Part shown: positions 1 through 12,047 of the stretch, one piece after another
Numbering within the stretch: the stretch's first letter is position 1
How the letters are laid out: each line of letters begins with the position of its first letter
Program-made: the position numbers and the translations under genes
DNA from: Octopus sinensis
Lineage: Eukaryota
Assembly (NCBI RefSeq): GCF_006345805.1
Contig: NC_043006.1
Location: 53,382,001-53,446,000 of the forward strand
Length of the DNA stretch: 64,000 nt
Reading direction: 5' to 3'
The notes under the pieces: generated by a model
Told to the model about the DNA's origin: nothing
The model's input: the letters and a program-made list of their open reading frames with translations, nothing else
Database searches by the model: none

Positions 1-71
1 ATAACCACTCGTAATGTCAACAACTGCGATTTATTGTGTAGTTAAATATGTAGTTAATCATCTTTGTTCTA

Positions 72-115
72 CACCGGCTGACGAAGTGAATTGTCACTGA
101 AACATGTATATGCTC
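72..115 (+). ncRNA. Degenerate type I hammerhead ribozyme motif
   Basis: CTGACGA(78-84)-AGTGA/attg/TCACT-GAAA(99-102)-CATGTA. Core and stem II are perfect; stem I (caccgg vs tccgtg) and the cleavage triplet are damaged. Confidence 0.5.
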
Positions 116-393
116 CGTGATGCAAATTGTGATATATTTTCTTTCTAAGTCATATATGAAGTTAATACTTTGAGTTTATTTAATTCATATATATATACAT
201 AGTCATTGTACTGACTGACTACCTGTTGAGTCGGTGAGCAAGCAATTTTAGAAAATACATATGTCATACTAATAAAAATTATAATAACGAGAATCATGTG
301 CACCTCCTCTTTCTCCCTCTTTTTTTCTTTCTCTCTCTCTCTATATATATATGTGTGTGTATGTGTTATGTACATACATACACACACGCACAT

Positions 394-430
<37 letters not shown>

Positions 431-534
431 TAGATATTTACATATACATACATAATCATATGTATGTGTATGTATATATGAACGTGTTTATGGATAATAT
501 ATGTAATTATGTTTGCGTATGCGTACACAAACAC

Positions 535-830
535 AATACATTCATACGTTCTTGTCCCATTTTTGTATTCTTATATATAGGGAGAGTTTACGAAAAAAAC
601 AAAAGACGAAGACAGGTGGTGTACAAAACAAACATATATATTAGTATAACGCTCAGGAATAGAAAAAGTCTTTTACGTTTCGAGCCTACGCTCTTCTACA
701 GAAAGGGACACAGAAAACAGGGAGAGAAACAAGGAGAGAAAAAAAAGTGTGTGTAGTGGCTAATGATCTATCATGGCGTCTGACTCGGACAGAAGGGTCA
801 CACACGAAAAGGAAATTAGGGGAGATAACA
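535..830 (-). mobile_element. Short non-coding hammerhead-bearing element (Penelope pLTR/retrozyme-like), family H1
   Basis: Reverse complement aligns with 50060-50245 and 52195-52445 (shared ACGCCATGATAGATC..TAGC..TACAC and CTGAGCG.TATACTAA blocks); next to TA/CA microsatellites. Confidence 0.7.
669..705 (-). ncRNA. Minimal type I hammerhead motif, variant core CUGUAGA
   Basis: Minus strand: CTTT-CTGTAGA-A-GAGC/gtag/GCTC-GAAAC-GT-A-AAAG; stems I and II pair; A6 is U. Confidence 0.65.
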
Positions 831-1220
831 AAGTAAAGATGACCCCCCAACACGAAGGTGCGTGTGTGTATAAGAGAGTATGTATGTGCGTGTGAAAGAG
901 GGCTGGTGGTCTGGACGTGTGCGTGTATGTATGTGTAGGCGTGAGAATGAGGGGATGGGTGTGTGGGTGGTGTGTTGTGAGGTGATGTGTAATGTTGTAT
1001 GGTGTAGTGTGGTATGGTGTGATATTGGGAGGTGGAGGAGGCGAGAGGGGAGAAAGCACGTGTGGGGTGTGGTTTCGGCTGAGGGTTGAGGCAGAGTTGG
1101 GGGTTTGTGGGTAGGCAGAGGGTGGGGTAGAGGTGGGGTATGTGAGGAATGGTGTGTGGGATAGGATGGGGGATGGGATGGGGGATGGGAAGGATAGGGA
1201 AGGTGGAGTAGGGATGTCTT

Positions 1221-1440
1221 TGTGTGTCTGTGTTTGTCCCCCAACATCGCTTGACAACCAACGCTGGCGTCTTTACGTCCCCGTAAATTAGCGGTTCGGC
1301 AAAAGACACCGATAGAATAAGTACTAGGCTTACAAAGAATAAGTCCTGGGGTAGATTTGCTCAACTAAAGGCGGTGCTCCAGCATGGCTAAAGTCAAATG
1401 ACTGAAACAAGTAAAAGAGAGTAAAGAGAGTAAAAAGAGT
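1221..1440 (+). mobile_element. SINE family A, 3' half
   Basis: TTTGTCCCCC..CATCGCTTGACAACC..GATAGAATAAGTACTAGGC..CAGCATGGC..GACTGAAACAAGTAAAAGAG with an (AAAGAGT)n tail; many homologous copies in the window. Confidence 0.85.
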
Positions 1441-1471
1441 ATATATATATAATATATATATATATATATAC

Positions 1472-1518
<47 letters not shown>

Positions 1519-1529
1519 TATATATAGAT

Positions 1530-1560
<31 letters not shown>

Positions 1561-1597
1561 GTGTATATATAATATATATATATAACATATATATATA

Positions 1598-2126
1598 TAT
1601 AATAAATTAATAAATAAAACATATGCATATATACATACATATATGTACGTAACTACCTCTACATGTATATATACACGCATATATGGGTACAGGACACCAA
1701 AAAAACGTCGAACACAATGAGAAACGAAAACATAAACACAAAACCAAGGAACTGGACATTTTTCTTAAACAACAAAAAAATAGAGTACAGGACAAATAAC
1801 ACAAGGAAAATTCCCCTTCTTCAGTCGCCATGATTTCATCTACTCTGCGTTTCGAAGGTGAAGGCGATACGCATCTTCGATAGAAACTTTCCTTCCAGCG
1901 AAAAGCAAATCAAATAAAATTTGAGATTTGTGCTGTACTCTATTTTTTCGTTGTTTAAGAAAAATGTCCAGTTCTTTGGTTTTGTGTTTATGTTTTCGTT
2001 TCTCATTGTGTTCGACGTTTTTTTTTGTGTCCTGTACCCATATATGCGTGTATATATACATGTAGAGGTAGGTACGTACATATATGTATGTATACATGCA
2101 TATGTTTTATTCATTAATTTATTATA
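1598..2126. mobile_element. Foldback element with ~195-bp inverted arms
   Basis: 1598-1797 is the near-perfect reverse complement of 1926-2126 (ATATATGGGTACAGGACA.. / ..TGTCCTGTACCCATATAT); arms are homologous to those of 53291-53663. Confidence 0.85.
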
Positions 2127-2190
2127 TGACGGAACGCACGCATCCATTTCTAAGTAAGATTGTTCTTCTCTCTCTCCTCTCTCTCTCTCT

Positions 2191-2257
<67 letters not shown>

Positions 2258-2920
2258 ATTGCATACTCAACTAGTGCGCACACATACACACTACACTACA
2301 CTTATATGCATGTATGTGTGTACGCGTACATGCACGTATGCATACAATGCACAACATTGTATGCATATGTAACTGAAATATAGCTCTTCCTAAATTACAC
2401 GCAAAAATACACACCCGCACTCACACACACACTTGTTGAAGCAATGATGCTGCGTAAAAATAGAAAACTAATGCATCACCTCCGAAAGTGGCAGAAAGTT
2501 CTAGAGAATTGGTAGCAACAACAGCCCCATCACCACCAAAATGACTGCCTGCTTTATCGTTTCTGTTTGTTGCATTCTCTTTTTTTCTAATTCCTTTCGT
2601 GTGTTTTTTTTTTAATATATATTTTGCCTTTATATATTATTATTATTATTATTATTTTCTTTCATTTTCTAGAAATTCTTTCACGAACCTGGGAACGTAG
2701 TAGCTAACAACTGTTTCTTGGGTCCTTATTTCTTCAACAGGTCTGTCTGTCTGCAGACAACTGTAGAGAACTGTAGACAGTAGACAGTTTGGTAAACAGC
2801 TTAAGGTACATTGTCTAGTTGAAAATGTAGAAAGAGGCGTGACGAAACTCTAGCTCTCATACGCCCCACCCAATTGTCTGTATGTTTATAAATAGATGTG
2901 TGAATATACATATAAATATA

Positions 2921-2994
<74 letters not shown>

Positions 2995-3074
2995 GTATAT
3001 ATATAAATATATATTAAATATACCACACTCATAATTTTCTTGTGTGTGTGCGTATATTTAAGTGTGTGTATATA

Positions 3075-3930
3075 TTCGGTCATCCCATAAATAATGCGGT
3101 TTTTTAATATTTTATTTTTCAAAATTAAAAGAAACACTTTTTTTAAAATCTAAAATATACTCTCCTTCATTTTTCATAATGCTCCTCCGTCTCTCTTCCA
3201 AAATTCATTTGTCCGTGACGAAAACTACTCCTCCAGTACTGTTCTGACCTTGTCTACAGAATTCATATTTTTTCCGCCCAAATGATTTTAAAGACTCCGG
3301 AATAAATGATAATCAGATGGGACAATGTCCGGCGAATATTCAAACTGCTCCACCCTTTGGAATGTCATTCTTGCGTGTATAGCCGAGCATTATCCTGATG
3401 GGAGAACACCTTTCATCTTGAAAACAAATATTGCTGACTTGAATGACTGGTTGAATGACCAAATCCAAGCTTCTCTGTCAGTTCCTCAACAGTTACGATG
3501 GGATTTTGTCCCACCAGGGTTTGCAGAATGTCCTCATTGAGTTCTACAGATCTTCCAAGACAAGGCTCGTCTTCTAGGCTGTGTAGTTCTGGCTCTGAAT
3601 TTCTGGAACCACCGTTGACACTGGCTTACGATTATTTTCCGATCTCCATATATTGCATTAATATTCCTCGCACATTCCGTTGCGTTGTTTGCTTTTATTG
3701 AACTCATAAAGCAAAACATGCCGAATATGTTCCTTTTGTCACTTCCATTATAGCTTTGGAAAAAATAACTGTTAAAATCAAACTGCACTCTTCAAAACTT
3801 GCACTAAGAATAAGTACAAGGTAAAATTATTACCTAATTTTATAACAAGTTGATGGAGATCGTTTATCCCGTCCTCCTCCGAATTTTAGCTCATACAATT
3901 GGAAAAAACCACATTATTTATGGGAAGACC

Positions 3931-3933
<3 letters not shown>
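3075..3933 (-). mobile_element. Internally deleted Tc1/mariner element with transposase remnants
   Basis: ~30-bp TIRs (TTCGGTCATCCCATAAATAATGCGGTTTTT / TCGGGTCTTCCCATAAATAATGTGGTTTTT) with TA flanks. Minus-strand peptides NATECARNINAIYG..SQCQRWFQKFR, EDILQTLVGQNPIVTVEEL and SPDIVPSDYHLFRSL (mariner YSPDLAPSDYHLF motif); frameshifts present. Confidence 0.9.
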
Positions 3934-4016
<83 letters not shown>

Positions 4017-4181
4017 CATATACATACACACACACATACACGCATATATATATTACTTGACAAGTGATATTGATATTTATATATGTATATATATATTCTT
4101 TTATTTATTTAATATTTATATATATATAATTATAATAATAATATTAGAGAGTTGCCTAATAGTGGTTTTATCTCTAATTAA

Positions 4182-4228
<47 letters not shown>

Positions 4229-4440
4229 AAATTATAAATTAGGGTATCTACGAGATACCACCATGCTGAAAATAGAAGCCATGATCTGACTCTAAAACCA
4301 CCTTAATTGTCCATATATCAACACGGAGAGAAAACTAAGAGACAAGATGAAACTAGTAAAAAATTACTGGATAATTCTAGATCCCGGATTTCTGACTTTG
4401 CATTTAGTAATGCTTTGCCTCGTCATTTAGTAATGCTTTG

Positions 4441-4487
<47 letters not shown>

Positions 4488-4527
4488 CATAAAGAGTAAA
4501 AGAATAAAGAATAAAAGAATATATATA

Positions 4528-4887
4528 TTCTTTTATTCTTTTACTTGTTTCAGTCATTTGACTGCGGTCATGCTAGACCACTACCTATGAGGATTTTTTA
4601 GTCGAAGAAATCGACGCTAGGATTTGTTCTTAGCAAACCTAGTACTTATTCTATCGGTATCTTTTGCTGAACCGCTAAGTTGCGTAAGTGGATCAACATC
4701 GCTTGTCAAATAACGGTGGGGGGGACAAACACAATGACACACACACATAAATACACACGCGCGCACACACACATACACACACACGCACACACACATACAC
4801 ACACATATATACGACAGGCTTCTTTCAGTTTCCGTCTACCAAATCCATTCACAAGGCTTCTTACCACACAGACACGTCTGCGCCTAT
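4528..4887 (-). mobile_element. SINE family A, with an internal deletion in the head
   Basis: Tail, CA microsatellite and the CTTCTTTCAGTTTCCGTCTACCAAATCC block are joined directly to CTTACCACACAG..GCGCCTAT. Confidence 0.8.
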
Positions 4888-5312
4888 ACTAATGATGTTA
4901 TAAGAATTTAAAATCTTCGAAATCGTGAAATAATTATTTTGGAGAACGGCGAATCTCGAAGCACATAAAGCCATAAATTACATCCAGTTAATGTTGGGTG
5001 CGTGCATACATACATACATACATACATACATACATACAGATAGACAGACAGACAGATATATAGTGTGTGTGAGCGCGCGTATATAGCCGGTTGTATGTTC
5101 ATCCGTTTCTGCTTAAATAAGAAAGCTATACGGTGTCAAGCTCTGCTCTTAGGTGCGGGGGAGCAAAAGCTGTTTTTATGATTGGCGACTTGACAATTAA
5201 TAACCTGGGGTATGTCGGTAATAATACAATGATTGTATACAGCAAGAAGAAAAAAAACAACAGCAACAACAATAACAACAACAACAACAGCAACAACAAC
5301 AACAACAACAAC

Positions 5313-5370
<58 letters not shown>

Positions 5371-5944
5371 TAGTATACATTGCGTTGTTCTTGATGAGTA
5401 AAGCAGAGATGAGTGAAAAGCCGACCTGTCACTAAACGATGAGAGAAAAAAAAAAGATAACTAAGGTTATGTCAACAGAAATAATGAATGAATTTGTTTC
5501 AGACAGTCGGAAGTCGAGGAGAAGTTGATAGCTCTGCATTTCTGGAAATCCAATTGTGAAAAATAATGAGAAATATAAATGATCCTTGCAGTGAGCCAGT
5601 TACTGGCTGAATTTAATCCTATGGGCAAAGATTCTGTTGTTCACAAGTACATGACATGAATCAATAAAAAGAAAATACTTTTTTGAAAATAATGATATTG
5701 GAAAGACAACCAGATATTGAGCGAATCTAAGATCAGTGTAGTTGTGCATAGGAGATGAATTTAATAGCTTTGTGATTTATAATCCTAGAGATTTAGATAT
5801 TTTCTAAGGTAAGCTGGATTGTGTGATGAGGTGGTTCATGTGTATGTGTGCATTGTTTGGTTTATGGTAGAATAGGGTGTCCGTGATCTTTGTAGGGGCT
5901 CTTAGACTGTTGAAGGTTAGGGAGGAGAAACCACAGCTGATCAG

Positions 5945-6222
5945 TTGATTCTAGGTCTTAGGTATATCACGAGGCTTACGGGCTAATTAAGCCAGAGTTT
6001 ATCCTAGTTTCCATGGCGTATAAGCGATCGAGACTACCCTTGAATGGGACGCCCCCACCCCCAGTCGTTTCCGCTAATTATTTTCGGCTGAGTGAACTGG
6101 AATAACATGAAATCAAGTATTTTACGCAAAAACACAATGTGCTACCCGGTCCTGGAATCAAAACAACGACCTTACAATCGTTAGTCCAAAACCCTAAACA
6201 CAAGGTCACGCGCCTCCACATT
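5945..6222 (-). mobile_element. Old tRNA-derived SINE (family B/C-related head)
   Basis: Minus strand begins GGAGGCGCGTGACC..GTTTTGATTCCAGGACCGGG..CCAGTTCACTCAGC, similar to the family B head and body. Confidence 0.55.
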
Positions 6223-7594
6223 ATCAGTTGTTACAACCCATCCAAATGGGCTTCAGCATAGATTCTGCTGACAGTTTCACACACAAGACTTAGGTTCCTT
6301 TGTTATTATTATTGTAGAATACAAAGATAAGACTGTATTTTGCATGTTTGTTTGTATGTTGTTATTGTTGTTTAATCCGAGATCTGCTTGAAGAGTGTGG
6401 CAACTGAAACTATCACATCTCGGACCATATTGTCTAATGTATCTCCCAATTAAGAGGGCAGGATGTAATTTGAGGGATTATCGACAACTATTTCTAGCAG
6501 GCTAAGTGATCTCGTAAATTCCCACAGTTAGAAAATATTGTAAACAACTTTACCCTATTTTCCCTATTTCAGTCGATTCGAACTCACAATTTTGTGTGCT
6601 TTAGTAAATCTCCCTTTATTTCAATTATTCCTACCAGAGCCCCACCAAGTCACGTTTTTTCCTGCAAGCATTAAACTGCAGATGTTCACACTCGGCATCA
6701 GTAGCATCAGCCTCACTAATCTGCAAAGGTCATGAGTACTGTCCCAATTCTGCCTAACTTTAAAAAAAAAAAAAATTACGCGATTGCCCTGTCTGAACAG
6801 ACGTTTCTATGGAAATCCAGCAACGTAAAACCAATTGCTATAGAAACAAATATAAAGTCGATATATTGGTTTTTCTCATTTGAGCGGCTGTTTTGGAGGG
6901 GAAGAGGAAGAGGTTCTATGAGTGAGAAAGCCACAAAATTTGCTTAACTCACGAGAGGAACATCCATTCATATAGAATGTTTCGAGCTGTTCGGAGTTGT
7001 TCGGAGTTGTTCGGAGTTGTTCGGTGTTGTTTAAATACTGGCTGCGGATATGACTACGTGGTGAAGGAGTTTATTTTGCAACTTTATGGCTTCTAGTTGG
7101 GTTCTTTCCCAATGCGCAGCATCTTGAGCACTTGTCTTCTATTATAGTCTTTACTGAGACTAAACCACTGTACGTAGAATTCCGTAAACGAATATAGTAC
7201 CGAAAACTGTACAAAATTACCAAGCTTTTACTCATGCCATCGTCGCCGCCATCTACTTCAACATCACTGTCACTAATGACTGGCAAAGTTGTCACTGTTG
7301 GCGATCGTAACACCGCCACTACTGCTATGGATTATTCGAATGAATAGGGTAAAATAGCATGTTTTTTTTACCTTTATTATTTTGCTGAATAGGACAGTCG
7401 ACAAGCAGACGGCATCACGCATCGGTTCCACCATAAAACATAGCAACATCAATTATAGCAAACTCATGGAACCTCATAAAGAATAATTCAAACGTCTATC
7501 GTTCCATCTCATTCGAGTAACTCGGAATGGGTAGAGCATAGAATAAGATTTATGCGTATGCAAAATGTGCTGTAAGGGAAAAGAATTTTTTTTC

Positions 7595-7760
7595 ATAGGC
7601 GTAGAAGCGACTGTGTGGTAAGTAGCTTGCTTACCAACCACATGGTCCTGGGTTCAGTCCCACTCGTAGCACCTTGGGCAAGTGTCTTCTACTATAGCCT
7701 CGGGCCGACCAAAGCCTTGTGAGTGGATCTGGTAAACGGAAACTGAAAGAAGCCCGTCGT
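7595..7760 (+). mobile_element. SINE family A, tRNA-like head half
   Basis: ATAGGCG..TGTGTGGTAAG (A-box-like), GGGTTCAGTCCC (B-box-like), CCTTGGGCAAGTGTCTTCTACTATAGCC..GAAAGAAGCCCGTCG. Confidence 0.85.
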
Positions 7761-7880
7761 TTAAAACTTCTAAGCAAAGGCAAGAAGTGAGGCTATGCAG
7801 CGTCATGGATTGGTTTACATTTCCACTTGAGAGTGTGCAGGTCTTCCTCATGATCTTCGCCCACGAAAAAACTACCCTTG

Positions 7881-7906
<26 letters not shown>

Positions 7907-7912
<6 letters not shown>

Positions 7913-8162
7913 CCAATCAAGTGTGGCGTCCTATACAGGACAGTGCTACTGACGTTTATAACCCCAGGAACACACTCCCTCCAGCTGGCTAACGACACAC
8001 ATTCGGTGTCCGATTAAGGCTAGAGATGGGAGCGATGACCACCCCTCGCAAATACTAATCGGACACAAAATGTGTGTCGTTAGCCAGCTGAAGGAGATGG
8101 CTTCCTGGGGCTATAAACGTCAACAGCACTGTCAATAGGACACCACACTTGGTTGTCAATTA
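7907..8162. mobile_element. Foldback/MITE-like element
   Basis: ~110-bp inverted arms 7907-8016 and 8056-8162 (e.g. CCAGCTGGCTAACGACACACATT / AATGTGTGTCGTTAGCCAGCTG), 39-nt spacer, TA flanks. Confidence 0.8.
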
Positions 8163-8216
8163 TATATTACGATTCCATACTCCAACTGTTTAAATCTCGC
8201 TCATATGCGTTTATGC

Positions 8217-8265
<49 letters not shown>

Positions 8266-8411
8266 ATTATATATATATATATATATAATATATATATACG
8301 TATATTACATATATATAATATATATATACATATATATATACAGATATATACACATATATATATGTATACAGACATATATACTACATATTATATTATATCA
8401 TATATATACAT

Positions 8412-8494
<83 letters not shown>

Positions 8495-8515
8495 TATATA
8501 GGTATATATGTATAT

Positions 8516-9098
8516 ACTAGCTGCATAGCCCGTCGTTGCCGCGAAACTTTTACAATAGACTGTCTTATATAAAGTTTTGCTTATTCCATGTCAAAACATG
8601 CCTTCCCCGACAGATAGGCCTCTTGATCAGGACAGATTTGTGTAGTTTTTTGCAAAAAAAACTTAGTTGGGGATTTTTTTCCGTTTTAAATTATTCACAT
8701 GTCTGTTCGGCCGTTTCACATGACTTTATTCATTAAAACTCATTAAAACTTCAGTTCTTACAACTTTAGTCGTCGTAATGCTTTACTTTCGTTTGTTTAA
8801 TTAAAAATTCCTGCTCGTATTGATTTTGCTTTTATTTTGTGATAGACAGCTATCATGTAAAAAATGCCAGTTTCAAAATCCTGTTTTCTGATTAGGTAAA
8901 ACCGATTAAGTTTTAAACCTGGGTAACATTTTTCTGCAATTTTTCTGGAACAAATATATAACAAAATCGGATTTAATGCGGAAAATTATTTCAATGTACC
9001 AGATTTATAAATTTTGACGTAATTTGAAAATTTCACGATATATGACAGCAACAGGGAAGGCCCTACAAAAGTAGAGAGACAGGCAGTTATAGGACGTG

Positions 9099-9153
<55 letters not shown>

Positions 9154-9753
9154 TACACACACATTTACAAAGATAATCACAAATTTAAAATGATGTATAG
9201 TAGACATATGTATGTTTGTATGTATGTATGTATGTATGTATGTACTTATGCATGCATATATATGCATGTATAAGTGTGTGTGTCTGTGTAAGAGTGTTTC
9301 TTTGCGATGGACAGCAGAAAATCCACATACCCCTTCTCTTCTTAAAGCTACGTATTCCTCACACCCACATTTCTTTCCCTTCCTCGGCATTTTAAAAGTT
9401 GCTTATGACAGTTGTATTAACGTCATCATTCCACTGCCACTCCATATTTGTCGCTTACACAACGCTGTTCACCCCTTCCCTGACATCCACTATGTCCCTA
9501 CATTTCCATCACATTAACACTGTTTTCAACCTTCTCATTCTATCAAATAATAGCAAACCCTAGGGGCTTGCTATTATTTGATAAATAATAGGAGGGCCCA
9601 TTATACATTTTATTGAAATCCAATTATCCTATTATTGAACTGGATGTTAGTTTGACGTGCATGCAAAGTTTCGTCAAGATTGGTTCACTGGTGTAGGTAA
9701 TAAGATGGTAAGAGACAGATCGACAGACAGAAATTGCCATTTATGTATAAGAT
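8516..9753 (+). mobile_element. Non-autonomous Helitron-like element (Lep1/HINE-type termini)
   Basis: 5' end ACTAGCTGCATAGCCCGTCGTTGCC; 3' end CAAAGTTTCGTCAAGATTGGTTC..ACAGACAGAAATTGCCATTTATGTATAAGAT; internal 16-bp hairpin TATCAAATAATAGCAA/TTGCTATTATTTGATA at about 9541-9583; no TIR. Termini resemble known non-autonomous Helitrons from memory. Confidence 0.6.
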
Positions 9754-9778
9754 ATATACGTATATATACTAAGTGTGC

Positions 9779-9835
<57 letters not shown>

Positions 9836-10039
9836 CATGTATGTGTGTATATATTATATTATACTCTGTGGGTATTGAAATGACAGGAAGAAAACTGACC
9901 ACTTTTGTCTCCCAGTTTCAAGTATTTATATCCGAAAGCATATTTGGGCTAGTGATATATGCGCAGTAACTAAGACAAACGTAGCTGGTAAATACGCTAA
10001 GTTTAGAAACACATATCATACACACTTTTGTGTATGTAT

Positions 10040-10100
<61 letters not shown>

Positions 10101-10465
10101 ATAAAATCTTAAGAATTTATCAAGTGGTCAGCGTGAAAACCTTATAAGGGAAAAATTTATAAGTATTCCCTTTAAATGTACGTATGTATGTATATACATT
10201 TGGATGTATATGTACATGTGCGTGTGTAAGTGTGTGTGTATGTATGTATATTATATATATATGTATATATGTATAGAGAGAGAGAGAGGGAGAGAGAGAG
10301 AGATAGACAGACAGATAGACAGACAGAGTGAGTCTGTGTATGGTAAGAAGTTTTTTTCTCGGTCACATGCTTTCGGGTTCATTTCCACTGCGTAGTACGT
10401 TGGACAATAATCTTGTGATTGGATTTGGTAGGTGAAAAATGAAAGAAACTCGTCGTATATACATG

Positions 10466-10479
<14 letters not shown>

Positions 10480-10496
<17 letters not shown>

Positions 10497-10672
10497 TCTA
10501 CCACTACCGCTCGACAACCGTTGCTGGTTTGTTTAAATTAGCGATTCGGCAAGCGTAACAGAAAGAATAAATACTAGGCTTAAAAACCTAAGTACTAGGG
10601 ACAATTGTTCAGCTAAACGCATGAAGGTGGTACCCTAGCATGGACGCAGTCCAATGATCGAAACAAGTAAAA
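10480..10672 (+). mobile_element. SINE family A, 3' half (diverged)
   Basis: CGCTCGACAACCG..GATTCGGCAAG..GAATAAATACTAGGC..AGCATGG..GAAACAAGTAAAAG. Confidence 0.7.
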
Positions 10673-10736
10673 GTTATACATGCATACATACATACATACA
10701 TACATACATACATACATACATACATACATACATACA

Positions 10737-12047
10737 TTATGGCTGCCCCCTCGTTATCGAGTATGGCCATTGCACGAAGCTTAACTGTTACTGGTGCTGT
10801 GATCGAATGTGACTTTTTAGCCCAGCTAAAGATCTACAATGTCTTGTACAAAATTGGCAACTAAAACCTTTACTGGTAATAGCCGGCTGTAGTTGTAACT
10901 GGGCTTCATGTACCTTTGCATGTCGTTTAAGTCCTCCTGCCGAATTACACTCTCTTCCACATGCCCGACAGATATGATTAGTATGGTGTGTTACACCACC
11001 ACCAGTGGCCAGGTTGTCACTCATCTGTCTCGTTTTATTACTACGAAGATGACTCTTGAGTCCAGCTTTACTGAGGCAGGGTCTTGCACAGACATTGCAT
11101 GTCAGAATCAAAGGAAGACCCTTCCCTTCTGGAGGTGTAACAGCGATGCCCTTCCTGACGTCCCTCTTTACTTTCTCATGTGCAACTCGAGATTTCTCAA
11201 ACGTGGCTGTCTCCTCATGCACAATCCTTCTCCACCTGCTACGATCAATAGCTATGCCTTCTCATGTGTCAGGAGAGATGCAAGCATCTCTTAAGGAAGC
11301 CTTCAGCACGTCCTTATACCTTTTTTTGGTTTATGTGGAGGTCGTTTTCCTTTAGCTAACTCTCCATAAAAGAGTTGTTTTGGCATCCTTGAATCCTTCA
11401 TTCTGACCAGATGACCACTCCATCTGAGCCTTTGCTTTAACACAAGAGCTTCTATACTTTCACACCGAGAGCCTTCGAGTATTTCAAGATCACTGATGCG
11501 GTCCTTCCACTTAATGCCATACATCTGTCTGAAGCACATCTGATGGAAACGTTCCAGTCGTTTAAGGTGGTATCGATATGTGACCTACGTCTCGCAGGCA
11601 TAGAGAAGAGAAGGGAGCACACATGCCTTGTACACCTTTATCTTTGTCTTTCTGCATATGTCTCGCCGACTCCAAAGGATCTTTTCTAGCCTTCCGAAAG
11701 CAACACTTGCTTTCATAATTCTATATGGAATTTCATCATCCACATTGCCATATCTATTAATTGTGCTTCTCAGGTAGACAAACTGATCGACTACATCAAG
11801 TCGTTTACCATTCACATAGATATTTGGTACACTATACTGCTTACCAGGGGCAGGTTGATGCATGACAACAGTTTTCTTGAGATTGACTGTCAATCCTAAG
11901 GCAGTGCAAGCACCAGAGAATGCATTCAAAATGTGTTGCATATCAATCTCTGAGTGTGCTACTAGCTCACAATCATCAGCATACAAAAGGTCTCTCATGA
12001 TAGAGGTAAATATCTTTGTTTTTGCAGCAAGGCGCCTGATATTAAAT
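10737..12047 (-). pseudogene. 5'-truncated RTE-clade LINE: RT C-terminal half plus three C2H2 zinc fingers
   Basis: IFNIRRLAAKTK..RDLLYADDC..GLTVNLKKT..FVYL.S..VYKACVLPSLLYACET, RLRWSGHLVRM..RMPKQLFYGEL, then three Cx2C..Hx3-4H fingers. Two premature stops at Trp positions and one frameshift; 3' stem-loop CTCG/CGAG; (CATA)n on both sides. Confidence 0.92.

Noticed and set aside
1805-1830. CTGAAGA plus hairpin as a complete (type I or type II) hammerhead
   Set aside because: No GAAA follows the hairpin, and no stem I closes between the upstream GAAAC and the core; kept only as a half-motif.
2741-2805. Possible plus-strand exon (TTCTTCAACAG .. AAG|GTACAT)
   Set aside because: Stops in all three frames; could only be a UTR exon and there is no further support.
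7071-7319. Acidic, Cys-containing ORF suggestive of a piggyBac remnant
   Set aside because: No TIR pair or catalytic motif found; resemblance too weak.
7595-7670. tRNA-like heads of SINE families A-C as functional tRNA genes
   Set aside because: Cloverleafs are incomplete and run directly into SINE bodies that are repeated throughout the window.
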